From a virus (taxonomy: Duplodnaviria; Caudoviricetes), in IMG/VR virus record IMGVR_UViG_3300025687_000235, positions 1 to 28,410 of that record: a stretch of DNA of 28,410 nucleotides, one strand, 5' to 3'. The position numbers and the translations under genes were made by a program. The notes under the pieces were generated by a model. It worked only from the letters and a program-made list of their open reading frames with translations, was not told where the DNA came from and did not search any database. This document shows positions 7,958-16,837 of this stretch, in pieces (the first letter of the stretch is position 1; every line of letters begins with the position of its first letter).

Positions 7958-7997
7958 CTAAATACTTAATAATGTAGGATTCGTATAAGGTATTTAG
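7958..7997. promoter_or_regulatory. Pair of opposed late promoters
   Basis: CTAAATA on + at 7958-7964 and CTAAATA on - at 7991-7997, in the 41-bp gap between divergent genes. Confidence 0.7.
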
Positions 7998-7998
7998 G

Positions 7999-8754
7999 AT
8001 GCCAAGGATAAATGACTTAAAAGTAGGTGCTATCGAAAGAAGTCAAATTACCAATGTATCATTATCGAATTATTATCAAGTTCATATGACTGGACTTTCG
8101 GAAGGAAGTGGTCTTATGAAATTTCTTAAAAAATATGGATTAAAGGTGGATTGGTTGAGCAATAATCTTGGATTGATGTGTTCTGAGGCAACACTTCCCA
8201 CTAGTTCTCTTGCCACAGCAGAGGTAAAAGATAATTTTCATGGTATTAATGAGCAATATGCTCATACGAGATTATATACCGATAGTGATTTTACTTTTTA
8301 TCTTGATGGGGATTATCGAGTTTTGAAATTTTTTGAGGGTTGGATAGATTATGTTGCCGGTGAAAATAATTATCCAGTGAATAAGCAAGGTGGTCAAGTT
8401 TCGGTAGCACATGATGGATATTATAAAAGATTCAATTATCCTTTAGATCCCATTGATGGGTATAAATTGGATGGACTGTATATAACAAAGGGTGAAAAAG
8501 ATTCAAACGAAAGAGAGAGACCAATTATATCCTATAGATTTTTTCATGCTTTTCCTAAAGCAATTACTTCTATTCCAGTTTCTTATGGAAGTGCAGAAGT
8601 TTTAAGAGTTACAGTTTCTTTTGCTTATGATAGGTATATTGTTGAGCAATATAGAGGATGGAATAAAGGTCCTTTTCATGATTATCCTACTAATAAAACA
8701 GGATTGAACATTGATGGGGATGATCAAGTAGGTCTTCCTCCTGGCGTGGGGTAA
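7999..8754 (+). CDS. Tail tube / tail-tube initiator-like protein (gp19/gp54 fold)
   Basis: LMCSEATLP, FTFYLD..VLKFFEGWIDY and AFPKAITSIPVSY..VTVSFAYDRY are typical of the gp19/gp54 family. Confidence 0.75.
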   Translation: MPRINDLKVGAIERSQITNVSLSNYYQVHMTGLSEGSGLMKFLKKYGLKVDWLSNNLGLMCSEATLPTSSLATAEVKDNFHGINEQYAHTRLYTDSDFTFYLDGDYRVLKFFEGWIDYVAGENNYPVNKQGGQVSVAHDGYYKRFNYPLDPIDGYKLDGLYITKGEKDSNERERPIISYRFFHAFPKAITSIPVSYGSAEVLRVTVSFAYDRYIVEQYRGWNKGPFHDYPTNKTGLNIDGDDQVGLPPGVG

Positions 8755-8760
8755 TAAATA
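8754..8760 (+). promoter_or_regulatory. Late promoter ATAAATA for gp26
   Basis: AATAAATA, 26 nt before ATG 8787. Confidence 0.65.
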
Positions 8761-8786
8761 ATCATACCTGAATTGTATCAAACAGT

Positions 8787-9509
8787 ATGCCTTTACCCAA
8801 GATTTCGACACCGACATATGAGTTGGAATTGCCTTCAAATGGAAAATTAATTAAATATCGTCCATTTCTTGTAAAAGAAGAAAAAATTCTTATCATGGCA
8901 CTGGAGAGTGAAGATCTTAAACAAATTTCAAATGCAATTAAAACTGTTATATCAGATTGTATTATTACAAGAGGAATTAAAGTAGATCAGTTATCAACTT
9001 TTGATATTGAATATTTGTTTTTAAATGTTCGTGCAAAATCCGTAGGAGAATCTGTAGAAGTAAGTGTAACATGTCCAGATGATGGAGAAACACAATTACA
9101 AGTTGAAATTGATATTGATTTAATTAAGGTTCAAAAGAATCCTAATCATAGTAATATTATTAAATTGGATGATAATCTTTCGGTTAAAATGAAATATCCA
9201 TCTTTAAATCAATTTGTTGAAAGTAATTTTGAAGTTGATAATAAAAATGAACAAGTTGATAAGTCTATTCAAGTGATAGCATCTTGCATTGGTCAAGTAT
9301 TTACTGATGAAGAATCTTGGGATGCTTCTGATTGTAGTAAGAAAGAATTGAATGATTTCATCGAGCAAATGAATACCAAACAATTTAAGAAAATTGAAGA
9401 ATTCTTTAACACGATGCCAAAATTATCACATACAATTAATGTGAAGAATCCAAAGACAGGTGTGGAGTCAGAAGTTGTATTGGAAGGGTTAGCAAGTTTT
9501 TTCAGTTAG
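8787..9509 (+). CDS. gp26: Baseplate hub assembly protein gp26
   Basis: MPLPKI..YRPFLVKEEKIL, FDIEYLFLNVRAKSVGE and FF.TMPKL..LEGLASFF motifs. Confidence 0.92.
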   Translation: MPLPKISTPTYELELPSNGKLIKYRPFLVKEEKILIMALESEDLKQISNAIKTVISDCIITRGIKVDQLSTFDIEYLFLNVRAKSVGESVEVSVTCPDDGETQLQVEIDIDLIKVQKNPNHSNIIKLDDNLSVKMKYPSLNQFVESNFEVDNKNEQVDKSIQVIASCIGQVFTDEESWDASDCSKKELNDFIEQMNTKQFKKIEEFFNTMPKLSHTINVKNPKTGVESEVVLEGLASFFS

Positions 9510-9511
9510 CG

Positions 9512-9691
9512 CTGGCTCATGAGAGTTTGGAAAATTATTACAAAACAAACTTTGCCTTGATTCAGCACCATAAATATTCATTGACGGAACTAGAAAATAT
9601 GATACCTTGGGAAAGAGAAATATATGTTTCTCTTTTGCAACAATATATTGAGGAAGAAAATTTAAAACAGCAAAAACAGAGTGGTATTTAG
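9512..9691 (+). CDS. gp51: Baseplate hub assembly catalyst gp51-like; not in the ORF track, no ATG at the expected start, possibly expressed by -1 frameshift from gp26
   Basis: Manual translation: LAHESLENYYKTNFALIQHHKYSLTELENMIPWEREIYVSLLQQYIEEENLKQQKQSGI*. The HHKYSLTELENM.PWER..Y motif is gp51-like, and the frame is open back through the end of gp26. Confidence 0.85.
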   Translation: MAHESLENYYKTNFALIQHHKYSLTELENMIPWEREIYVSLLQQYIEEENLKQQKQSGI

Positions 9692-11450
9692 TAGTCAAAG
9701 TTTTACGGCACCTACTTTAGATAAAAAACCAAAGTTGGGGAAGAAAATGATTTCTTCTTCAGTTTTTCGTGGTGCCTTTAAATCTATTGGAAAATCGACT
9801 ACTATCAAAATTCCTAAAGGAATGCAAATAGGGGCAAGTAAGTCTTATGTTGATCCAAGTTATTTAAGAAAAGAAGAAAGCACGCCAATTGAACAAACAT
9901 TAGTAGAAACAAACAATATTCTTATAGAAATACAAAATCAGTTAGCAACTGATTTTGCTTATAGGATTGCAAAAGAGAAAGAAGATATACAAAAAATAAA
10001 AATTACATCTGATAAGGAAAAAAAGAGTAGGGCAGAAGCAGGTGTAGAAAGTGTAAAAAAAATTGGTGGTTTTGTTAAAAATCAAGTTGATAAAGTTACT
10101 ACTCCTGTAAAAGGATTTTTTCAAAAAATACTTGACTTTTTTGGTGCCATTATTACTGGATTTGTAGTTAATAAGGCGATTGATTGGTTAACAAAACCAG
10201 GTAATGCTGAAAAAATAGCGGGGATATTTACTTTTATTGGGAAACATTGGAAACCAATTCTTGCTGTTATTGGCGGTTTTCTTTTAACTAATGTTGTATT
10301 AAAAATTTATCGATTATATAAACTTATCCGTGGAGCACTGAGACTTATTGGTATTGGTAGACGTGGTGCTGGTGCTGGTGCTGGTGATGCTATAAGGAGA
10401 GGTGGTTTAATTAGAAATGCTGCCGGTGGTAGAAGAGGTGTTAATGTTGAGATGGAAAGAATTACCAGAGCAAAACCTGGTTCTGGTGGACTACTTCATG
10501 AGAGAGTAGATGTATATAAGAGAACTAAAAATCCAGTAGCAAAGGCAGTTCAAAAAGCAGAAGTATTATCAAAGTTAGCTGGTAAAAAGGTAGTAAAAGC
10601 ACTTGGTGCAAAAGGTCTCATGAAATTTTTGAGACCAGTATTTAAAAGAGTACCTGTATTTGGAGCACTAATTGATTTTGCCGTGTCTCTTGCTCTTGGA
10701 GAGCCAATAGGTAGGGCAGCAGCAAAGTCGGTTGGTATGTTGCTTGGTAGTGCTTTAGGAACATTAATTCCAATTCCTGGTGTTGGAACATTTGCTGGGG
10801 GTTTACTTGGTGACTTTGTTGGTGGTAAAATTTACGATGCAATTGTTGGAGAAAAACAGGAAGATCCTTTAAAAATGAATAGAGGTGGTATTGTTCCTGG
10901 ACCCAATATTAATAAGGACATTGTGCCAATACTTGCTACTCCTGGAGAGGCTGTTGTCCCTAAAAAAGAAACAGCAAGATTTTCGGGATTTTTATCTGAT
11001 ATTATTAGTAATGGTGGAGAATTATTTGAGAAAATGTTTCTCTCATTGAGAAAACAAGAATATAATAATAATATATTTAAAGAAGCGAATGAAAAATTTG
11101 AAGAATCTATAGAAGTGCTTTCCAAGTACTTTAAAAAAGAAACATTAAAAGCGCTTGATCCCAACTTATATAATAAATTATATGGTGCCATTGGAGGACC
11201 ACGAGATTCAATGGCAAATAAATCTTTGAATCCTGTGAAGAAAAATACTTCAAACATGTCAATGAGATCTATGAATAGGTCTCCATCGATTACAATGTTG
11301 CCTCCGATAAGTGCTGCCACTAATTTATCTGCTTCTAAAGTAAATTCAACACCCTCTGGTGGAGATTCGATAATTGCACTTGATGCAGAGGATAATGATA
11401 ATTTTTATGTTTCATACTACACTGCATCTTCTCTTGGATTGGGAGTGTAA
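9681..11450 (+). CDS. Tape-measure / baseplate hub-like protein (gp29 position)
   Basis: Coiled-coil N-terminus, hydrophobic Gly-rich helices and a GGIVPG..DIVPILATPGEAVV motif; follows gp26/gp51. Confidence 0.65.
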   Translation: MVFSSQSFTAPTLDKKPKLGKKMISSSVFRGAFKSIGKSTTIKIPKGMQIGASKSYVDPSYLRKEESTPIEQTLVETNNILIEIQNQLATDFAYRIAKEKEDIQKIKITSDKEKKSRAEAGVESVKKIGGFVKNQVDKVTTPVKGFFQKILDFFGAIITGFVVNKAIDWLTKPGNAEKIAGIFTFIGKHWKPILAVIGGFLLTNVVLKIYRLYKLIRGALRLIGIGRRGAGAGAGDAIRRGGLIRNAAGGRRGVNVEMERITRAKPGSGGLLHERVDVYKRTKNPVAKAVQKAEVLSKLAGKKVVKALGAKGLMKFLRPVFKRVPVFGALIDFAVSLALGEPIGRAAAKSVGMLLGSALGTLIPIPGVGTFAGGLLGDFVGGKIYDAIVGEKQEDPLKMNRGGIVPGPNINKDIVPILATPGEAVVPKKETARFSGFLSDIISNGGELFEKMFLSLRKQEYNNNIFKEANEKFEESIEVLSKYFKKETLKALDPNLYNKLYGAIGGPRDSMANKSLNPVKKNTSNMSMRSMNRSPSITMLPPISAATNLSASKVNSTPSGGDSIIALDAEDNDNFYVSYYTASSLGLGV

Positions 11451-11453
11451 TAA

Positions 11454-12965
11454 ATGGAAAGCGTCGAGAATTTAAAACTTAATGTTAGTAATATAAAAAG
11501 TGTATTGACTACATCAAATAAAAATTTGAAACAGTTACAAATTAAAAAGACAAGTATATTAAGGAAACAAATACAAGGCGAAAAAAGATTTGAAAGAGAG
11601 AAAAAAATAGAGACCCCTAGAATTCCTGGATCCGAACTTGCCAAAGGAATTGTAAGAAAAATTGCAAGTCCTGTTATGGGAGTATTTGATAGAATAATGG
11701 GATTTTTCAGTGCTATATTACTTGGATTTGTAGTTAATAATTTGCCAAAAATAATTGCAGAGTTGACTCCTATTTTTGAAACTATGAAACCAATATATGA
11801 AGGTTTTATGAAAGGATTGGGATTTGTGATAAATGGAATAGGATTTTTGTATAATTCTGTTGCGCCATTATTTTTTAATGAAAATGAAGCACGAAATAAT
11901 ATTAAAACTGCAGAAGATACACTCAAATTAATTGATAAGGATTTAGATGAAGGTTTTGAATTGTCAAAAGATAATGATAATACTGAATCTGAGACAACTC
12001 AAACTCAAGAAGTAAATAATTATACGGATCCTTCTACGCCTGTCATTCAACAACAAACTCAAGTAAAACCGGAAATACAAAAAAGAAATACTGGTGGTTT
12101 AGTAAACAAAAGACAAAATGCGAATCTTCCACCAAGAAGAAATAATTATGAAAATGCAAAAACAAATCCTTTAAGGTTATTTGGAAAGGTAACAGAGCAA
12201 AACAGCGAAAATGTAAATCTATTTGAAAAAAATAATGATAAATTAGAAGAAATTGCAAAATTATTAAAATCATCAGAAAGGAAAAAATCTATTACTACTA
12301 ATGATAATAAACCGGCAACTGATAATAAAGTTGTAATTAGTGATGGTAAAATTACCGGACAAATTGTTGGAAGAGTTGGGCATAGTGGGTATACGATCCC
12401 AGAAGGTCCAGAGGGTTCTCACATTCACATTGAAACTGGAAGGGGGGAAGGAGGAGCGGGAGGAGAGATTCCTTCATCAGTTTTGAGTAATATTATTGTT
12501 GGTGGTAAACCATTGTCTGATTGGCCTCAAACTTCAACAATTGGTGATGGTAGAGGGCACCGTGGATTGGATTATGGTATTCCGAAGGGGACACCAATTA
12601 CTCTTAAAGGGGGATTGAAACTTGTTGATTATGATACGGTTAGAGATCCAAGTGGATATGGAAATAATATAGTTATTGTGGATAAATATGGAAATTATTA
12701 TTTAATTGCTCACTTATCCAGTGGACCAGAGAAATCTAAAGATGGTGAAGGTGGGCAGTTAAATAATAGTATAACATCTAGACAAATAATTCCTTTAAGT
12801 GACGAAATTAAGAAACAAATTATTATAGTTCCTGTAGAAAAGTTAGTGCCTATTGAAACTCCAGTTCCAGTTACTGGCAATTCTACAAAGGTCTATAGAC
12901 CTGGTGGAGGAAAAGATTATGGTGGACGACCTTTAAATCCCTGGCAAACGAGAGGACCTCAATAA
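11454..12965 (+). CDS. Tail/hub-associated protein with an M23-like peptidase domain
   Basis: HIH, HRGLD, GTPI, GYGNNIVI and AHL motifs; N-terminus resembles the upstream ORF. Confidence 0.72.
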   Translation: MESVENLKLNVSNIKSVLTTSNKNLKQLQIKKTSILRKQIQGEKRFEREKKIETPRIPGSELAKGIVRKIASPVMGVFDRIMGFFSAILLGFVVNNLPKIIAELTPIFETMKPIYEGFMKGLGFVINGIGFLYNSVAPLFFNENEARNNIKTAEDTLKLIDKDLDEGFELSKDNDNTESETTQTQEVNNYTDPSTPVIQQQTQVKPEIQKRNTGGLVNKRQNANLPPRRNNYENAKTNPLRLFGKVTEQNSENVNLFEKNNDKLEEIAKLLKSSERKKSITTNDNKPATDNKVVISDGKITGQIVGRVGHSGYTIPEGPEGSHIHIETGRGEGGAGGEIPSSVLSNIIVGGKPLSDWPQTSTIGDGRGHRGLDYGIPKGTPITLKGGLKLVDYDTVRDPSGYGNNIVIVDKYGNYYLIAHLSSGPEKSKDGEGGQLNNSITSRQIIPLSDEIKKQIIIVPVEKLVPIETPVPVTGNSTKVYRPGGGKDYGGRPLNPWQTRGPQ

Positions 12966-14281
12966 TGAATGCAGCACAAGCAAGTATATTTGAAGAATTT
13001 ATAATTACATCTGATGACGGAAGTAATTCTGTAAATCTTTATGATGGTCAGATAAGAATTATTAGTTTTGATTACTTTGAATCTATATTATCACCGTGCA
13101 TTACTGGCACAATTATAATTTCTAGTGGATCTGATGCTGCTGTATCGAGGGAAGATCCCCAAAATAGAGTAGGAAGTATATTATCGCATTTACCTCTTCG
13201 TGCAGGATCAATAATATCGACAAAAATACGCACAAAAAATGGAGTATTGAATTTTTCTGGAGATGATTATAAAGTTTTATATGTGACAAAGGTTGTTCCT
13301 CTAATCCAAGATTCTAATTCAGAAACAATATCTATAAAGTTTACATCTAAAATTGGATGGTTAAATGAAACTACCAGAATTACACGATCATTTAATGGAA
13401 AAATTACCAAATCTGTAGAATCTATATTAACAAAAGAATTGGGTATAAAATCTAATAAAATTTTTATTGAAGAAGCAATCAATAGTCTCACATTTACTGG
13501 AATGAGAAAGAGACCATTTGATTTATTAATAGGACTTTTATTAAAACAATCTATACCCCCCAATACAGTAAATCCTGGTTATTTTTGTTATGAAACAAAG
13601 AGTGGATTTAATTATGTTTCTATTGATACTTTGATAAATCGAGAGGAATTTAAAATTCCTTATGAATATAATGGCAAAAATATATCATCTTTTGAAACTA
13701 AAGATGACAGTGCTGATTTTAAGGTAGCAACATTTTCGACAGAAAAAGATCAAGATTTGTTGATGCAAATTAGATCTGGAATGTATGCTACAAAAAATTT
13801 ATTTTTCAATCCACTAACTTTTAAATTTACCGAAATTGACATATCTGTGATAACAAATTCAAAGTTTTCTTCATTGGGTAAAAAACAAAAACTTCCAAGA
13901 ATTTTAGATCAAGATTTCAATGAGGGGAAAAAATATCATCGAGTTCAGTCTGCTATCCTAGATATAGGAAGTAATACAGAAGAAAAAACTCAAAATAATA
14001 ATCCAGAACTTTACTATGCAGCAGGAACTACTAGATATAATGCATTATTTTCTCAAATTCATAATGTAACAATTCCATCAAATATTTTACTTGAAGCTGG
14101 AGATTCGATTATTTTAAATATTGAAAGTATATCTAATGATAAGGTGCAAGGTGTTGATCAAGTTAAAAGTGGTAAATATATAATTAGGGGAATAAGGCAT
14201 CATTTTACTCCTAAAGTATCTACTACTGGATTAAAACTTATTCGCGATTCTTATGGATTACATTTTAGTAAGAGCAAATAA
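12965..14281 (+). CDS. Baseplate hub protein, gp27-like
   Basis: FDYFESILSPCITG, GYFCYETKSGFNYVSIDTL, LEAGD and SGKYII..IRH..L.LIRDSYG motifs; directly upstream of the gp5-like genes. Confidence 0.65.
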   Translation: MNAAQASIFEEFIITSDDGSNSVNLYDGQIRIISFDYFESILSPCITGTIIISSGSDAAVSREDPQNRVGSILSHLPLRAGSIISTKIRTKNGVLNFSGDDYKVLYVTKVVPLIQDSNSETISIKFTSKIGWLNETTRITRSFNGKITKSVESILTKELGIKSNKIFIEEAINSLTFTGMRKRPFDLLIGLLLKQSIPPNTVNPGYFCYETKSGFNYVSIDTLINREEFKIPYEYNGKNISSFETKDDSADFKVATFSTEKDQDLLMQIRSGMYATKNLFFNPLTFKFTEIDISVITNSKFSSLGKKQKLPRILDQDFNEGKKYHRVQSAILDIGSNTEEKTQNNNPELYYAAGTTRYNALFSQIHNVTIPSNILLEAGDSIILNIESISNDKVQGVDQVKSGKYIIRGIRHHFTPKVSTTGLKLIRDSYGLHFSKSK

Positions 14282-14793
14282 TGGAAGGACTAAATTCGGC
14301 ACAATTTAATTTTTATGGTTTGGGGACAAATGAGTGGATAGGTATGATATTGCCCTTTGAATCCCAAAAAGATCAATCTACGGGAAAGAAAGGATTTGGT
14401 TTTCGTTATCGAGTGGCTATTATGGGTTATCATCCACTTGATAATAGTATAACTGATGAAGAAATTACTTATGCCATAACTGGATTCTCACCTGCTGATG
14501 GCGGCGGCGGTGGATCGTGTTATAAAACATCTAAATTGACTCAAGGAGATGTTGTTTTGGGTAAATTTTTAGATGGTGATAATAAACAATTGCCAATTAT
14601 ATTGCATGTTTTATGTAGAACGTCTGATATACAATATGGATATGGATCTGGTAGATTTGATCCAAAAACTGGATTTGTTGGAAGTAGAAAAAAGACATCA
14701 TTAACAAAAAATCAAGAAACATGTGAACAAAAAGGAATATGCACGCCAAGACTAATACCTGGGAATGGGAAACAAGGTAGAACATCTCCATAA
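14281..14793 (+). CDS. gp5-like N-terminal OB-fold protein
   Basis: WIG..GFRYRVAIMGYHP..GDVVLGKFLDGDNKQLPII, a gp5 OB-fold pattern. Confidence 0.78.
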   Translation: MEGLNSAQFNFYGLGTNEWIGMILPFESQKDQSTGKKGFGFRYRVAIMGYHPLDNSITDEEITYAITGFSPADGGGGGSCYKTSKLTQGDVVLGKFLDGDNKQLPIILHVLCRTSDIQYGYGSGRFDPKTGFVGSRKKTSLTKNQETCEQKGICTPRLIPGNGKQGRTSP

Positions 14794-14796
14794 ATA
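14790..14796 (+). promoter_or_regulatory. Late promoter-like ATAAATA
   Basis: Overlaps the stop at 14793, 13 nt before ATG 14810. Confidence 0.5.
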
Positions 14797-14809
14797 ATTC
14801 AAAAAATAT

Positions 14810-16300
14810 ATGTCAGTTTGTGCAGATCCTATCAGTAATACATCTGGTCATGTAGTAATTCTTCCAGATCCTTGTAAAGATAATACCTTTGCGAAGGCAG
14901 AAGCATATCTGGAAAACTTTTTTGCTTTGGTAACAAAACCACTTGATTCATCCTCAAGTTTAGATCAAGAATTGAAAAAAACCGTGAAACTTCTTTCTAT
15001 TGGTATGAAAGGTTTTGTAAATTCTGTTGTGGGAAGATTTCAAGATGAATTGATTGAAAGAATAAAAGGTGGACTTGCAGGACTGGAAAATGCAGTTAGA
15101 TCTTCATATAAAGGAAATGAATTATTCAAAGCTCTTGATGAATTAGCAAAAAAACAAGGCGCTCAAATTGATCCAGTTGATAATCTGTTTAAGGCACTTG
15201 CTTGTTTGGCAAATAAGGTTACGGATGCCGCAGAAAAAATATTCACTGATTTGCTATCACAAGCAGTAAAAAATGTATTGAATGTCCCTATTTGTGCAGT
15301 TGAGCAAATATTGGGTGCATTTACTAATAAGATGATAGATATCATTGAGAGCACCGTTTCACCAATATTGGAACCGATTAAGAATGCATTAGAATTTGTT
15401 TTTGATGTAAGAGATTTTCTTGTTGGTGTAGTGAAAACATTGAGAAAGGTTGAAAATCTTTTAAATTGTAATGAGAAGAAAAAGTGTCCTCCATCTACAA
15501 AATATAAAATCAATCAAGGATTGTTGAGAGATAGGGGAGAAGGAGAGCAGAAAGACGCCTTTGATAGAATATTTGCAAAAGGAGCACTGTCAAGAGGTGC
15601 TGCAAATCTTGCAAATGATTTTGAAAATCAATATGGATCATGGTCTATATTTGGCGAGACCCTAGAAAATGCTGATCCAAATTCGGGTTGTTATACTGGA
15701 AATGTTGTCAGTTGTGGCACACCAAATGTAGAATTTTTTGGTGGTGATGGTGCAGGAGCATTTGGAAGAGTAATACTTGGCAATATTATTAATGAAGTTG
15801 ATAGTGAAGGTGTAATTGATTCTGCACAAAGGACTGCAAGTATTGTTGGTGTAGAAATTCAAGATCCCGGAAGTGGATATACAACTCCACCAATTGTATC
15901 TTTTACTGATGCATGTGATAAGGGATATGGTGCATATGGCAGAGCAAACATAGATACAAATCCTAGTTCTCCAACTTATGGTCAAGTTACTTCTATAAGT
16001 ATTATTAGTAAAGGAGAAAATTACCCAACGGAAGGTCTTATTGAAGATCCATTATACATTGAAGATATTGTAATTGAAAATCCCGGATCTGGATACTCTG
16101 AAGGTGATTCTGCTCAAGGGATTAAATTAACAATTCGTGATGGTCAAATTGTTGACACTGAAATTGAAAACTTAGGATACAATGGATTGCCTGACCTAAA
16201 TATCAACAGTAACACTGGGTTTGGAGCTGTGCTAAGACCAATAATGGCAGTTGTTCCGCCACAGAGAGAAGTTATTCAAGTTATAGATTGTGTGAGGTAA
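14810..16300 (+). CDS. Baseplate/spike-associated protein resembling the middle region of cyanophage gp5
   Basis: Helical Cys-spaced N-terminal half followed by repeated I..PGSGY..P beta motifs; ends in VIQVIDCV. Confidence 0.6.
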   Translation: MSVCADPISNTSGHVVILPDPCKDNTFAKAEAYLENFFALVTKPLDSSSSLDQELKKTVKLLSIGMKGFVNSVVGRFQDELIERIKGGLAGLENAVRSSYKGNELFKALDELAKKQGAQIDPVDNLFKALACLANKVTDAAEKIFTDLLSQAVKNVLNVPICAVEQILGAFTNKMIDIIESTVSPILEPIKNALEFVFDVRDFLVGVVKTLRKVENLLNCNEKKKCPPSTKYKINQGLLRDRGEGEQKDAFDRIFAKGALSRGAANLANDFENQYGSWSIFGETLENADPNSGCYTGNVVSCGTPNVEFFGGDGAGAFGRVILGNIINEVDSEGVIDSAQRTASIVGVEIQDPGSGYTTPPIVSFTDACDKGYGAYGRANIDTNPSSPTYGQVTSISIISKGENYPTEGLIEDPLYIEDIVIENPGSGYSEGDSAQGIKLTIRDGQIVDTEIENLGYNGLPDLNINSNTGFGAVLRPIMAVVPPQREVIQVIDCVR

Positions 16301-16303
16301 CAT

Positions 16304-16834
16304 ATGGCAAATTCTGATAGTTTATATCGAGAGGTTTGTAGTCCAAAATTAGTTATTGAGTCGAATTCTGAAGAGCAAACTACTGCCGGTAAATGTGCCT
16401 TTTCTATTAAAAGTGAAAACGAGTCTGGTATTCGTTGCTCACAAGGATTGTATGAAAATGGGATGTTTCATCAAGGAACAGAAGGACGGTTTGAAATAGA
16501 GTGTGGAGATAAAAATAGAGATGGACAACCAGATTTTACTTTAATTGCACATAATGGCAATATTCATTTTAATGCTGATAGTGGATCATTCGTTGTAGGT
16601 GCAGAAACAATTACTTTAAAGGCAACAGATGAAATTGTAATAGATGCTCCTTCAATTAGAATTGGAAATAATGAAGGGCAAACAAATAAAATTGAACTTC
16701 ATGCACAAAATTTGATTCCTGTAGAGAATGGAAAAATAAAAAAATTTGAATTGAAAGAAGCACTAATGTCTTCAAGCACAGTTGCATCTTTTAAAGGGTC
16801 ATTAGCTTCTGGAAATCCAAAATTAAAAGCATAA
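16304..16834 (+). CDS. gp5 C-terminal beta-helix-like spike protein
   Basis: Short beta-strand periodicity (AHNGNIHFNA..AETITLKATDEIVIDAPSIRIG). Confidence 0.55.
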   Translation: MANSDSLYREVCSPKLVIESNSEEQTTAGKCAFSIKSENESGIRCSQGLYENGMFHQGTEGRFEIECGDKNRDGQPDFTLIAHNGNIHFNADSGSFVVGAETITLKATDEIVIDAPSIRIGNNEGQTNKIELHAQNLIPVENGKIKKFELKEALMSSSTVASFKGSLASGNPKLKA

Positions 16835-16837
16835 AAA

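Noticed and set aside
9489-9698. Minus-strand 69-aa ORF filling the gap after gp26
   Set aside because: The plus-strand frame encodes a recognisable gp51-like protein, so this is its antisense shadow.
10832-11926. Long antisense ORFs (162 and 169 aa) and similar shadow ORFs elsewhere, e.g. 23269-23736 and 27156-27494
   Set aside because: They lie opposite well-supported genes, have no recognisable motifs and are explained by codon bias on the coding strand.
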